DNA of 64,000 bases from Candidatus Latescibacterota bacterium (GCA_965116875.1 OZ220733.1:2112001-2176000), one strand, 5' to 3'. Positions 10,401-19,406 are shown, numbered from the stretch's first letter. Numbers and translations: made by a program. Notes: a model not told the origin generated them from the sequence alone.

Positions 10401-10761
10401 CGAACCCGTTGGCGCGCCGATCCTTCGCCTGACGCTGGACGTCACCTCCCTGCTCGGCCGGGCGAGCGTGGTCGCGGCCCAGGACGGTAGAATCGACTTC
10501 GGCTTTCACATCCTTGCGAAGTCGGGAAACCTCAACGGCACTCGGATTCAGACCGGCGCAAACGACGACTGGGCGGTGATTTCCAACGCGAGCAATGAGC
10601 GTTCCTGGCCGCCCGGCCCCGTGCGCACCACGGTCCTCATCGACCCCAACAGGGGCGACGGGGACCGGCTTCTGAATCTGGCAACCGGCGCATGGGTTCA
10701 GATCGTGGACTACGTCGTCGGCGATTCGGTCCTCTACGAGCCAGTCGGGTCCAGTGGATGA
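7444..10761 (+). CDS. Large heparinase II/III-like (polysaccharide lyase-fold) protein with N-terminal CxxC motifs
   Basis: HHRHRDLLDVQLF...DLGYP...THNTV and E..GGY motifs typical of Hepar_II_III proteins. CHQGCPNCG and CPNCG near the N-terminus. Confidence 0.6.
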   Translation: MSDPAIPWRPRVILPGRSFRLPVQAADGNVNLSAEHFETIATRWSDRDAALYHYLRSPARAGEYTLSATHGGGSAETTIRVSTLDDLRRPHTYNGAAWPRRWPLERNYRSTKTRQTMQNEPLPDRFDEETVAWLSAQSDEILWAQLPNSELPKAHFANCHQGCPNCGTAIFRYSGFYPWVRSHHPCDFRSECPNCGSAYPSNDLAGEDFISGEHPDDGFGYFDAEGHIYLFAATYHRDQCRSYNSGIAAMTNALRAGGFHEARARQLGLLLLRYAEEELYLASVPQFRYGPSKGVEEPWDWGQPDWADDSDPVQALRAKGSIRYSIDTPYLIESLALAYDTVWPLMREDRELIGRARAVGISVRSPEDACQLTEEMLAALLQVTLDRGASSNLPRESQGALNILRCLDRPDARDVMEWVYDEGPDTLRVFTTNDFFPDGMPQEATGGYNSIHSDGLFDLEHHLRHLRDLQPEAYPASDFPSLFEDRRAAHVPRALHEITMCGKSYFQFGDGSAPGSAGSKGEGTIRLENDLFHAPMDPNLLARAFAFTDDPLVREIRSAVEERGHRALGPTVHDGVGIAILRTREAPERAAAGIVYGDTLHHRHRDLLDVQLFAFERPFLTDLGYPQSWASMSPWESHWATHNTVWSDLPPGESVAAGRGRLVRSLFVDGLQVLDVEAHRWSHEESRGWHRLGVAYRRLIALVETDGEGVALIDLSRITGGGDHWRTCRGLEGSFHSDNAGLLPRTGTVAGPRIERGQTDNLPHPDHTALAYMDDVSAGQAPPSFSGAWRSQAEPAVHLDLHQVHVSPGTRLFTARAAQAMGTPDESNYLYSPVLWRRSPQDDTTCVDLVFEPRTGEATVAEAVAVSADAPTAAGVRLTTAHGKTIVLYWSPEAGPADATRFEDGVTLHGGFAAVVDGRISTVGASAFHSPATSIAVDRARQAGRIVALDRDACTIDVEGLEGVAAGDRLTVNPDERAHTYRVEAVEPVGAPILRLTLDVTSLLGRASVVAAQDGRIDFGFHILAKSGNLNGTRIQTGANDDWAVISNASNERSWPPGPVRTTVLIDPNRGDGDRLLNLATGAWVQIVDYVVGDSVLYEPVGSSG

Positions 10762-10811
10762 CAGATACAAGATTGCCGGACTGAAGAGTTATCGCGATCG
10801 ACACCTTGACA

Positions 10812-13022
10812 GGGTGGAGCGGACATTCCTGTCTGCTCGCATCAATTAGGCCGAAGGCTTGGAATGTAGTCGCCTGGCACGTCAAGACACACCACCCGAA
10901 TGATCCGAATGGCCTTTCTTCGGAGTAGGCCTGACTGATCAGGCCAAACTCGAGCAACAGTTCGACAGGGTGGAGCGGACATTCCTGTCTGCTCACGTAC
11001 ATAATACCGAAACAGGCATTTGCTGTGTCGAAACACATCGCAACTCGCCGCCGTCTACCCTAATGGAAAAAGGTCGGCGCTATCTAGTGGATACTCCTTC
11101 CCCAGGTGACGCGATCCCTGTCGCAACCGGACTGTGCGACCACGAATATTGGATACATTAAGGCGAGCAAGGCTTGCTTCAACCTGCAGTCCGGCAGAAG
11201 AAACATGAGGCAGGCAGACAGGAATGTCCGCCCCACACTCAGAGTCGCTTCCACAATGTCTCCGAAAGCCATTGTGCGAGGTTGTAATTGGGCGATTCAC
11301 GACCTATGCGGGCTGACCCACGACATTTGCTTCAAAGGGAAGTGGAGGCAAGTAAGGGCATTTTTTCTCGGTCGTTGTTAGATTCAAGCGATACCTTGAA
11401 CACGGGATTTTGAGGGTGGAGCGGACATTCCTGTCTGCTCACGTACATAATACCGAAATCGGAATCTGCTGTGTCGAAACACATCGCAACTCGCCGCCGT
11501 CTTCCCCACTGGAAAAAGGACGGCGCTATATATTGGATCACATTTCGCCTGGCTGATGCGATCCCTCGAAACAAGCATCGCGCCCTGCGCCAGGAACGCA
11601 ACCTCTGGCTGAGTCGTCACCCCGAACCGTGGACTGACACGGAGTGGAAGGAATACAGTCGACGGTTCGAAGAGAAAATGGAATACTGGCTCGACGCTGG
11701 CAAGGGTAGTTGTCTCCTGGCGTGCGTCGACGCGCGTGAGGTCGTAAAAAAGTGCATTTTGCGTTTCAACGGCGAAAGGTTACGACTTCACTCGGCCGTG
11801 ATAATGCCTACACATGTTCACGGCCTGATCGAGCCGTTTGAAGGCCATGAGCTTTCGAGGATCCTGCAGGGCATAAAAGGCGCATCTGCTCGGGGTATCA
11901 ACAAGCTCAGGGGCGTCACCGGCAGTGTTTGACAGGACGAATCCTATGATCACGTCGTGCGCAGTGAAGAACAGTATTGGCGTTTCGTGCGGTATATTGC
12001 GGAGAACCCCTCGAAAGCCGGACTGCGCGACCACGAATATTGGATTCATAAAGGCGGAGCAAGGCTTGCTTCAACCTGCAGTCAGACAGAAAAAACATGA
12101 GGCAGGCAGACAGGAATGTCCGCCCCACACTCAGAGTCGCTTCCACAATGTCTCCGAAAGCCACTGTGCGATGTTGTAATTGGCCGATTCACGACCTATG
12201 CGGGCTGACCTACGACATTTGCTGCAAAGGGAAGTGGAGGCAAGTAAGGGCATTTTTTCTCGGTCGTTGTTAGATTCAAGCGATACCTTGAACATGGGAT
12301 TGTGAGAGTGGAGCGGACATTCCTGTCTGCTCACGTACATAATACCGAAATCGGAATCTGCTGTGCCGAAACACATCGCAACTCGCCGCCGTCTTCCCCA
12401 CTGGAAAAAGGACGGCGCTATATACTGGATCACATTTCGCCTGGCTGATGCGATCCCTGTCGCAACCGGACTGCGCGACCACGAATATTGGATACATTAA
12501 GGCGAGCAAGGCTTGCTTCAACCTGCAGTCCGGCAGAAGAATCATGAGGCAGGCAGACAGGAATGTCCGCCCACACTCAGAGTCGCTTCCACAATGTCTC
12601 CGAAAGCCATTGTGCGAGGTTGTAATTGGGCGATTCACGACCTATGCGGGCTGACCCACGACATTTGCTTCAAAGGGAAGTGGAGGCAAGTAAGGGCATT
12701 TTTTCTCGGTCGTTGTTAGATTCAAGCGATACCTTGAACACGGGATTTTGAGGGTGGAGCGGACATTCCTGTCTGCTCACGTACATAATACCGAAATCGG
12801 AATCTGCTGTGACGGAACACATCGCGACTCGCCGCCGTCTTCGCTAATGGAAAAAGGACGGCGCCATGTACTGGACCACCTTTCGCCTGGCTGATGGGAT
12901 CCCTGTCGCAACCGGACTGCGCGACCACGAATATTGGATTCATAAAGGCGGAGCACGGCTTGCTTCAACCTGCAGTCCGGCAGAAGAAACATGAGGCAGG
13001 CAGACAGGAATGTCCGCCCCAC
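10812..13022 (+). mobile_element. Tandem array of REP-flanked RAYT transposase units (one full-length, three internally deleted) plus a solo REP
   Basis: Forward REP GTGGAGCGGACATTCCTGTCTGCTC near 10812, 10968, 11414, 12306 and 12752. Inverted REP GCAGGCAGACAGGAATGTCCGCCCCAC near 11210, 12102, 12549 and 12996. A conserved spacer of about 178 bp lies between units. Confidence 0.9.
11471..12100 (+). pseudogene. REP-associated tyrosine transposase (RAYT, IS200-like HUH/Y1) with an internal nonsense codon
   Basis: RRRLPHW...YWITFRL and IMPTHVH (HUH). GSV*QDESYDHVVR has TGA at 11930-11932 replacing the conserved Trp. The frame continues through YIAENP to TGA at 12100. Confidence 0.88.
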
Positions 13023-13073
13023 CTTCAAACCTGCTGCCGCAGCCTCGACAACGACCAATAAACCGGGATCTTA

Positions 13074-13352
13074 ATGGATAACGCTCAGGTCCAGCTCGAC
13101 GGAGACCCGCGCAAGCTCGCGAGAGCCATCTGTCGGGCCGCGCGGGAGTCCTGCCGCGAAAAACACGGACGTCTGCCAGGCCGGGACGACATGAAGGCCG
13201 GCATGGAAGCCGAAATCCCCGCGCTTGCGAAACAGATGGTCGAGGCGCTGGACAGCCATGCGCGCGACGTCTACCTCATCAATGCCCTCGAAATCCTGGC
13301 GCTCTACTATGCCCGGAGCGAGCTGGAACAGGCTTCGAAACGTCCGGAGTGA
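13074..13352 (+). CDS. Small hypothetical helical protein
   Basis: 92-aa ORF with host-like codon usage and no recognisable motif. Confidence 0.55.
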   Translation: MDNAQVQLDGDPRKLARAICRAARESCREKHGRLPGRDDMKAGMEAEIPALAKQMVEALDSHARDVYLINALEILALYYARSELEQASKRPE

Positions 13353-13400
13353 ATTCGCGGATTCGCGACGTGGATATGGAAATAACAACCAAAAAAAGTA

Positions 13401-13429
13401 TTGACATGTCCACACACACTTGTGAGTGT
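13401..13429 (+). promoter_or_regulatory. TTGACA -35-like box followed by a palindromic operator-like site ACACACAC-TT-GTGAGTGT
   Basis: Palindrome at 13412-13429 with one mismatch. The same core recurs at 19343-19360. Confidence 0.4.
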
Positions 13430-13783
13430 CAGCCTCGAATCGCCTGAACTGTGACGCCGAAATCGGATTCGGTCTATTGAGTACCAGGGAGTCTTTCGCT
13501 GCAGATTGCGATCAGAGGTGGGATACGGAGGGTTATTGCGACCGGTGTGTCAGCGGCGGTCGTTCTTTGCGAACAGGGCTTTCACCATTCGCCAGAACAG
13601 ACCGGCGCCGACAATCAGTATCAGCGCGGAGGAAATCAGCAGAACGATGCGGATGACAACCGGAAAATCTTCAAAGATTGGCATAATGCGAAACCGTTGA
13701 TTTGCTTGGCGTCGTGATTGAACAGCAAGACGGAGACCAAAGCATCATCCGCCTCACCCGGCGTCGTCATACGGAGAAGAACG

Positions 13784-14530
13784 ATGACCCAGGCAACGAT
13801 ACTGGTCGCACCCACGGCGGACGACAACTGCCTGACGCAGGTTGTGGATGCGCTTCTGCACAGGGGAGTGTCGGTTGAGGCAGGCGTTCTGGATGGCTGT
13901 CCCGCGGTGGAAGAGGCACTGGCGGCATGCATTGAACAAGGAGCGAAGCGGATCGCGGTCCTGCCGTACATGTTTCGCGAGGACGAACAGGTTCTGCATC
14001 GGTTCCGACAGCGCCTGGGCAGGTTTCAAAAGGATCATGCCGATCTGGAAATCCACGTCGCGCCGGCGGTCGGTTTCGACGCGCGGCTGGTCGAAATCGC
14101 GCAGGATTACATCGAACAGACGGAATTCGGGCTGCACAATGATGACGGCCCGTCGTTGCTGACGATGGATGGATGTCTACCGGGGCCGATGGTCTTCACG
14201 TACGCGGACCTGAGTGGGCTTCCCGGGCAGATCGAGGACGTCGGCCGCATCATTACCGGGCGCCGCGGATCCGCGGTTTCCGTCGCCGGTCTCTTGAGAA
14301 GCGCCGCCGTGGGCGACGACGCGCGCCAGGCCGTTTTTCATTCGGCCGATGACGGGTACTTTGCCCGCGTCTCCCTCGCTGCGGCAGTTGAAAACGGCAT
14401 CCTCGTTTACCGCATCGGCGAACATCCGCTGCCGGAAAGACTCGGCGGCCCGATAAGACTGTTCATTCCCGAAACCGACGACAGATGCGCGAACGTCAAA
14501 AACGTGGTCCGAATGGAGTTGATCCCGTAG
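13784..14530 (+). CDS. CbiX/SirB-like domain fused to a molybdopterin-dependent oxidoreductase-like domain
   Basis: N-terminal GAKRIAVLPYMF...IHVAPAVGFDARLVEI (chelatase fold). C-terminal ILVYRIGEHPLPERLGGPIRLFIP...NVKNVVRMEL. GGAGA RBS before ATG 13784. Confidence 0.7.
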   Translation: MTQATILVAPTADDNCLTQVVDALLHRGVSVEAGVLDGCPAVEEALAACIEQGAKRIAVLPYMFREDEQVLHRFRQRLGRFQKDHADLEIHVAPAVGFDARLVEIAQDYIEQTEFGLHNDDGPSLLTMDGCLPGPMVFTYADLSGLPGQIEDVGRIITGRRGSAVSVAGLLRSAAVGDDARQAVFHSADDGYFARVSLAAAVENGILVYRIGEHPLPERLGGPIRLFIPETDDRCANVKNVVRMELIP

Positions 14531-14602
14531 TACCGACTCCGGCAACCGTCAGCGCGATCCTGAGCGCGGCTGAACAATTCTGCCTGAATTGGCCTCCGGG
14601 TA

Positions 14603-14720
14603 TTGACTTGAAATCAACAATCGGTTACTCTTTACATGAATCAGGACGCGGGCCTCTGTCTTGTGCTCCGTCTGCCGTCCCCCCGGCAGCCGGAATTACG
14701 GATAGAGGCCCGAATCAATT
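14603..14720 (+). ncRNA. Putative hairpin small RNA, copy 1, with its own sigma70 promoter
   Basis: TTGACT-17-TACTCT. Stem CGGGCCTCTGTC/GATAGAGGCCCG, inner TCCG/CGGA and CTGCCG/CGGCAG, loop TCCCCC. Homologous to 19407-19530. Confidence 0.55.
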
Positions 14721-14743
14721 GAGGACTGCGCTGCAAACGTAAA

Positions 14744-17700
14744 TCAGATCTGACCGAAGGCGTCTGCGAACTTCACAAAGTCGCCGAAACCGATGGCGCC
14801 ATCCTCATCCAGGTCGAACTTTGCGTCATATCCCGCGTCGCCTTCCCGCAGTCCGAAATGTCGCACGAACAACACAAAGTCAGCGAAGTTGACTGCCCCA
14901 TCACCGTCGAAATCGGCGTCGGGAGTTTGCGGAGGCACGGGAGGAGGCGGTACGTCATCGGCGAGATCCCATATCAGCATCGAGCCATCCCGCGATCCGG
15001 AAACCAGCGTGCTCCCGTCATCCAGGAACGCCACCGAATACACCCAGCCGGCATGCCCCTCCAGCCTGGCGGTCTCCGTCGTCGTGGCTACGTCCCATAT
15101 CCGGACGGTGCCGTCCTGCGATCCGGAGGCCAGCATACTCCCATCCGCGGAGAACGCCACCGAATACACCCAGCCGGTATGCCCCTCCAGCCTGGCGGTC
15201 TCCGTCCGAGTGGCCACGTCCCATATCCGGACGGTGCCGTCCTGCGATCCGGAGGCCAGTGTGCTCCCATCCTCGGACAAAGCCAACGAATAAACCCATC
15301 CTCCGTGTCCCTCAAGCGTGGCAACTTCCGTCCTCGCCGCCACGTCCCAAAGCTTCACGGTACGATCGCTGGACCCGGAAAACAGCGTATCCCCATCTGG
15401 TGAAAACACCACCGAGGCGACCCCGCCCGTGTGCTCATGCCCTTCGAGAACGGCAATCTCGGCGTGGGTCGCCAGGTTCCACACCGTCGCGGTACCCTGC
15501 CGCAATCCGGCAGCCAGTGTGCTCCCGTCCCGAGAAAACGCCACTGAATACACCCAACTGCGCGCGTCAAAGGTCGCAACCTCGGATCGTGCCGCCATGT
15601 CCCACAGCCTCACGGTATGGTCGCTCGAGCCTGAGGCCAGCTTGGCGCCGTCGGACGAAAACGAAACCGAGCGCACCCAATCCGTGTGCCCTTCCAGGGC
15701 AGCCACCTCGGTTCGCGTCTCTGCGTCCCACAACCGCACCTTGTTGTCCAGCGAACCGGTGGCGAGGATGCTCCCGTCGGGCGAAAGCGCCATCGACGTC
15801 AACGACCGATGCCCGTAAATGGCTGCCGAATTTCCCGTTTCCAGGTCCCGGACGATGACGTTGCCGTCCTCCGACGCGGACGCGAGAGTGGAGGCATTCC
15901 GCGAGAATGATACGGAATAGACCGGGTGGTTATGCTCTTCCAGCGTGTTGATCAGTTCCCGCGCGGTGACGTCCCAAAGCTTGACCCTGCCGTCGGTCGA
16001 ACCGGAGGCCAGTGTGGCGCCGTCACCTGAAAACGAAACTGAGGCGACGGGACCGCCATGCCCTTCGAAACGTGCGACCTCGATTTGCGCGACCACGTCC
16101 CACAGCCTTACCGAACGGTCGCTTGATCCTGAGGCCAGCATGCTCCCGTCCGGGGAAAACGCCACCGACGTGATGCCATTCGCATGCCCCTCGAGCGTGG
16201 CGACCCGGGCTCGCGCGGCCACGTCCCACAGACTGATCGTATTGTCGCTCGATCCCGATGCCAGCCTGCCGCCATCGGGAGAGAACGCCACCGAAGCGAC
16301 CCCAACCCGCTCGCGTTGCAAGGTGGCGACCCATGTACGCGTGACCAGATCCCATAGCCGGACCGTGCCGTCCTCGGACCCGGAGACGAGTGCGGTCCCG
16401 GTGGACGAGAACGCAACGGAACTGACGCCGTCCGTATGCCCGGCAAGGGTGGCGATCCTCGCGCCTGATGAAACATTCCAGAGTTCGATCCGCCCATCGT
16501 ACAACCCGGCGGCGAGGTTCCCCCGGCGGGAGAACGCCACAGTGCGAACACGACCGCCGCCAGGCAACAACACGGCTGCGCGGGAGACGATCGCGTCATA
16601 CAGCCACACGCCCACACCGCTGGCAACGGCCAACGTGCGTCCATCCGGAGACAGGGCGACCGCCCGGTCGCCCTGGGCGATTGCGCCCTTGCCCAGGCGC
16701 GCCGTGGCCCGCCAGGGCAGTTGCCACTTCCGGTAGTCTCCGTCCATTGTGATCACGGAAGCGCCTACTGCGTCAGCATTGAAGGTCGCCAGTTCCCTGC
16801 CGCCAAGGGTGACCACGACGGCATTCGCGCCGGCCCGGTTCCCCAGGGTCAGGGTGACGGCTGCCCGGCCGTCCGCGCCCGTGCGGGTATGCTGGACTGT
16901 ATAACTGCCGCTGAGCCTGCCCTGGCCGGCGGTAACCGCAAACGTGACCGCGGCATCGGGCAAGGGATCGCCGTTCCGATCTTTCACTTCCACGACAAAC
17001 GGGTCCGCAAGAGGCCCCCCGGGCGCGCCCTCCTGTCCATCTCCGGAGATCACCTCCAGCGCGAATGGCTGCAACCTCGGCCACTCCGACAGATCCCACA
17101 GCAGCACCGTGCCGTCTTCCGACCCCGAGGCCATCGTACCCCAATCCGGCGAAAACGCGACGGAATTGACATTGGCGTTATGCCCCGTCAGCGAAACGAC
17201 CCCGGTTCGCGCGCCCACCTCCCATATCCGGATCGTGTTGTCGTCTGATCCGGACGCCAGCCTGCTCCCATCCTGTGAATACGCCAGGGATGTTACGCCG
17301 CCCTCGTGTCCCAGAAGGGTTGCGGCCTGCGAATGGGAGGCCGCGTCCCACAGCTTGACCGCATTGTCGCTCGATCCGGAGGCCACCGTTCTCCCGTCCT
17401 GCGAAAAAACCACGGCATTGACACTCCCTCTATGCCCCTCAAGCGCGGCGATGCGCGATTGCGAGGCCACGTCCCACAAAATGACCGAGCCGTCCTTCGA
17501 GCCGGCCGCCAGCGTCTCCCCTTCAGGCGAAAACACCACCGATGCGATTCCGTCCGAACCGCCGTCCAGGGTCGCGGTCAGCCGCCGCGTATCGTCTTCC
17601 CACAGCAATACCGTTCCATCATCCGACGCGGTCGCCAGGATGGTCCCGTCGGGCGACCAGGCCGCCGCATTGACGCCGTCCTCATGTCGTTCGAAGGCGG

Positions 17701-19018
17701 CGGCCACCGTCTGCGCGGACATGTCCCAGAGAATGACCGTACTGTCTGCGGATGCGGTGGCAAGCGTGTCTCCGGCCGGCGCAAATGCCACGGAAGTCAC
17801 GCTGCCGTCATGCCCCCGGAGGATACCGAACTGCATGCCCGCGTTCACGTCCCACAGCTCGACCGCGCCGTGTACGGAACCGGTCACAAGCGTGTCCCCT
17901 GCCTGCGTAAATGCAAGCGACGTGACGGCGGGTTTGTGGCCGCCGAATGCGATAAAGTAGCCTGTCTCTACATCCCAGTACCGGGCCGTACCATCCTCCG
18001 AGGTGGTGGCCAGTATGCTGCCGTCCATTGAAAACACGACTGCAGTGACGCTTCCCGTATGGCCTTCAAGGGCGTCGAACTCTCTTCCTCTGTTGACGTC
18101 CCAGAGCCTCACCACCCCATCCTCTGATACGGCGGCGAGCGTGTCCGTTTGCGGTGAAAACGCGACCAGCGTGATAGGACCTGTTTCCGCCTGGAGGGTG
18201 TCTGCCGCGGATAGCGAGGCGACGTCCCACAGCAGGACCAGACTGTCGCCTGACGCGGTGGCCAGTGTGCCGCCGTCTCGGGAAAACGACAGCGCAGTGA
18301 TACGTTTCGGAACCCCGTCGAGGCTGCCGACCCGCGTTCCGGTACTTACGTTCCACAGCAAGACCTCGCCGTCTTCCGACGCGGCGGCCAGCGTGCCGCC
18401 ATCCGGCGAGAATTCAACCGAAATGACGGTCTCCGTATGCCCTTCAAGGGTCGCCGCCAGTGTGCGAGACGCCGCATCCCACACAGAAACTGTGCCATCT
18501 TCCGAGGCTGCGACCAACGTGTCCCCTGTCGGCGAGAACAATGCCGAAGAGATATCGCCCGCAAGCCCGTTGAGAGTCCCAGTCTCCGATCGCGTCGCGA
18601 CGTCCCAGAGCAATACCGCGCCATCCTCCGTAACGGCCGCCACCGTCCCCCCATCCTGAGAAAAGGATACGGAATTGACCCGAACGTGACTCGGCAACAG
18701 CGCAAGGGTGTGGCCCGTCGCCCCATCGTACAACCAGACACCGATGCTGCTGGCCACGGCAAGCGTATGCCCGTCGGAAGAAATGTCCACCGTGCGGTCA
18801 CCGGAGCCGATCGCTCCTTTACCCAGACGCGCGGTCGCACCGTCGGGCAGATGCCGCGTCCGGTGGTCCTCCTCCATCGCCTCGGCGGCCGCAGCGCACA
18901 CCGGAACCCCGCCGAGTACAGCGGCGAGCGCCAGAATCGACACTGTCAATTTCCCGTTGAAATACGCGCTGCCCATGCCAGACCCCTTTTCCGTTGCCAC
19001 GATGGTGAAAACCTCCAC
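14744..19018 (-). CDS. Secreted WD40-repeat protein with two propeller blocks, an Ig-like (Big-1-type) linker and a C-terminal dockerin/EF-hand-like domain
   Basis: More than 20 LEGH...VxSVAFSPDG..LASGS.DGTVRLWD repeats. ISGDGQEG...PFVVEV Ig-like motif. DFDGDGAVNFADF...DLDEDGAIGFGDF. Signal peptide; true start probably 18976. Confidence 0.93.
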   Translation of the reverse strand: MEVFTIVATEKGSGMGSAYFNGKLTVSILALAAVLGGVPVCAAAAEAMEEDHRTRHLPDGATARLGKGAIGSGDRTVDISSDGHTLAVASSIGVWLYDGATGHTLALLPSHVRVNSVSFSQDGGTVAAVTEDGAVLLWDVATRSETGTLNGLAGDISSALFSPTGDTLVAASEDGTVSVWDAASRTLAATLEGHTETVISVEFSPDGGTLAAASEDGEVLLWNVSTGTRVGSLDGVPKRITALSFSRDGGTLATASGDSLVLLWDVASLSAADTLQAETGPITLVAFSPQTDTLAAVSEDGVVRLWDVNRGREFDALEGHTGSVTAVVFSMDGSILATTSEDGTARYWDVETGYFIAFGGHKPAVTSLAFTQAGDTLVTGSVHGAVELWDVNAGMQFGILRGHDGSVTSVAFAPAGDTLATASADSTVILWDMSAQTVAAAFERHEDGVNAAAWSPDGTILATASDDGTVLLWEDDTRRLTATLDGGSDGIASVVFSPEGETLAAGSKDGSVILWDVASQSRIAALEGHRGSVNAVVFSQDGRTVASGSSDNAVKLWDAASHSQAATLLGHEGGVTSLAYSQDGSRLASGSDDNTIRIWEVGARTGVVSLTGHNANVNSVAFSPDWGTMASGSEDGTVLLWDLSEWPRLQPFALEVISGDGQEGAPGGPLADPFVVEVKDRNGDPLPDAAVTFAVTAGQGRLSGSYTVQHTRTGADGRAAVTLTLGNRAGANAVVVTLGGRELATFNADAVGASVITMDGDYRKWQLPWRATARLGKGAIAQGDRAVALSPDGRTLAVASGVGVWLYDAIVSRAAVLLPGGGRVRTVAFSRRGNLAAGLYDGRIELWNVSSGARIATLAGHTDGVSSVAFSSTGTALVSGSEDGTVRLWDLVTRTWVATLQRERVGVASVAFSPDGGRLASGSSDNTISLWDVAARARVATLEGHANGITSVAFSPDGSMLASGSSDRSVRLWDVVAQIEVARFEGHGGPVASVSFSGDGATLASGSTDGRVKLWDVTARELINTLEEHNHPVYSVSFSRNASTLASASEDGNVIVRDLETGNSAAIYGHRSLTSMALSPDGSILATGSLDNKVRLWDAETRTEVAALEGHTDWVRSVSFSSDGAKLASGSSDHTVRLWDMAARSEVATFDARSWVYSVAFSRDGSTLAAGLRQGTATVWNLATHAEIAVLEGHEHTGGVASVVFSPDGDTLFSGSSDRTVKLWDVAARTEVATLEGHGGWVYSLALSEDGSTLASGSQDGTVRIWDVATRTETARLEGHTGWVYSVAFSADGSMLASGSQDGTVRIWDVATTTETARLEGHAGWVYSVAFLDDGSTLVSGSRDGSMLIWDLADDVPPPPVPPQTPDADFDGDGAVNFADFVLFVRHFGLREGDAGYDAKFDLDEDGAIGFGDFVKFADAFGQI

Positions 19019-19335
19019 CCGCTTCGCGCGTGGTGGAAGCTCCGGGGTTCGACCACGGGGAGTGTCGCGCGCGGAACCCGGATCAAACCCTCAGCGTCGC
19101 AATAATATACGCGAATTGCGGGTAGATTTGTGATCTTTTTTCATAAAGACCGGGGGCTGGTTTCGGGGAAATTTAAGATTTCCACGCGGCGTTTGATCAG
19201 GCCCCTGGCCGCTACCGGGAGACGAAGAAGACGCAAAAGGCTGAAGCCGTAGCATCAACGGTCGACCAGGGCGCCGCGGCTCCCGCGTTCTCCTTGCCGG
19301 CGGTCAGACGGCGATCCGGAATGCCGCTCGCCTGA

Positions 19336-19367
19336 CCGATCTACACACACTTGTGTGTGTAGATCGG
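19336..19367. repeat. Perfect 15-bp inverted repeat
   Basis: CCGATCTACACACAC-TT-GTGTGTGTAGATCGG. Confidence 0.85.
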
Positions 19368-19406
19368 GTTCCGCTCTTCGCGACACGGGAATTCGGCATA
19401 TGGGTC

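Noticed and set aside
11930-11932. UGA=Trp recoding making the RAYT intact
   Set aside because: TGA ends rimO, thyA, phoB and ppk1 normally, so a TGG>TGA nonsense mutation is simpler. A sequencing error cannot be excluded.
10812-13022. CRISPR array interpretation of the 27-bp repeats
   Set aside because: The repeats alternate in orientation, the intervening sequences are long and repeated rather than unique, and there are no cas genes. They are REPs around RAYT copies.
14641-14652. tmRNA/tRNA 3' end or SRP RNA identity for the hairpin elements
   Set aside because: GGACGCGGG resembles the tmRNA pre-T-arm, but no TTCRA loop or CCA follows, and the SRP GGAA-tetraloop domain is absent.
15026-15272. 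Diversity-generating retroelement TR/VR pair
   Set aside because: In-frame adjacent WD40 repeats, with no reverse transcriptase in the window.
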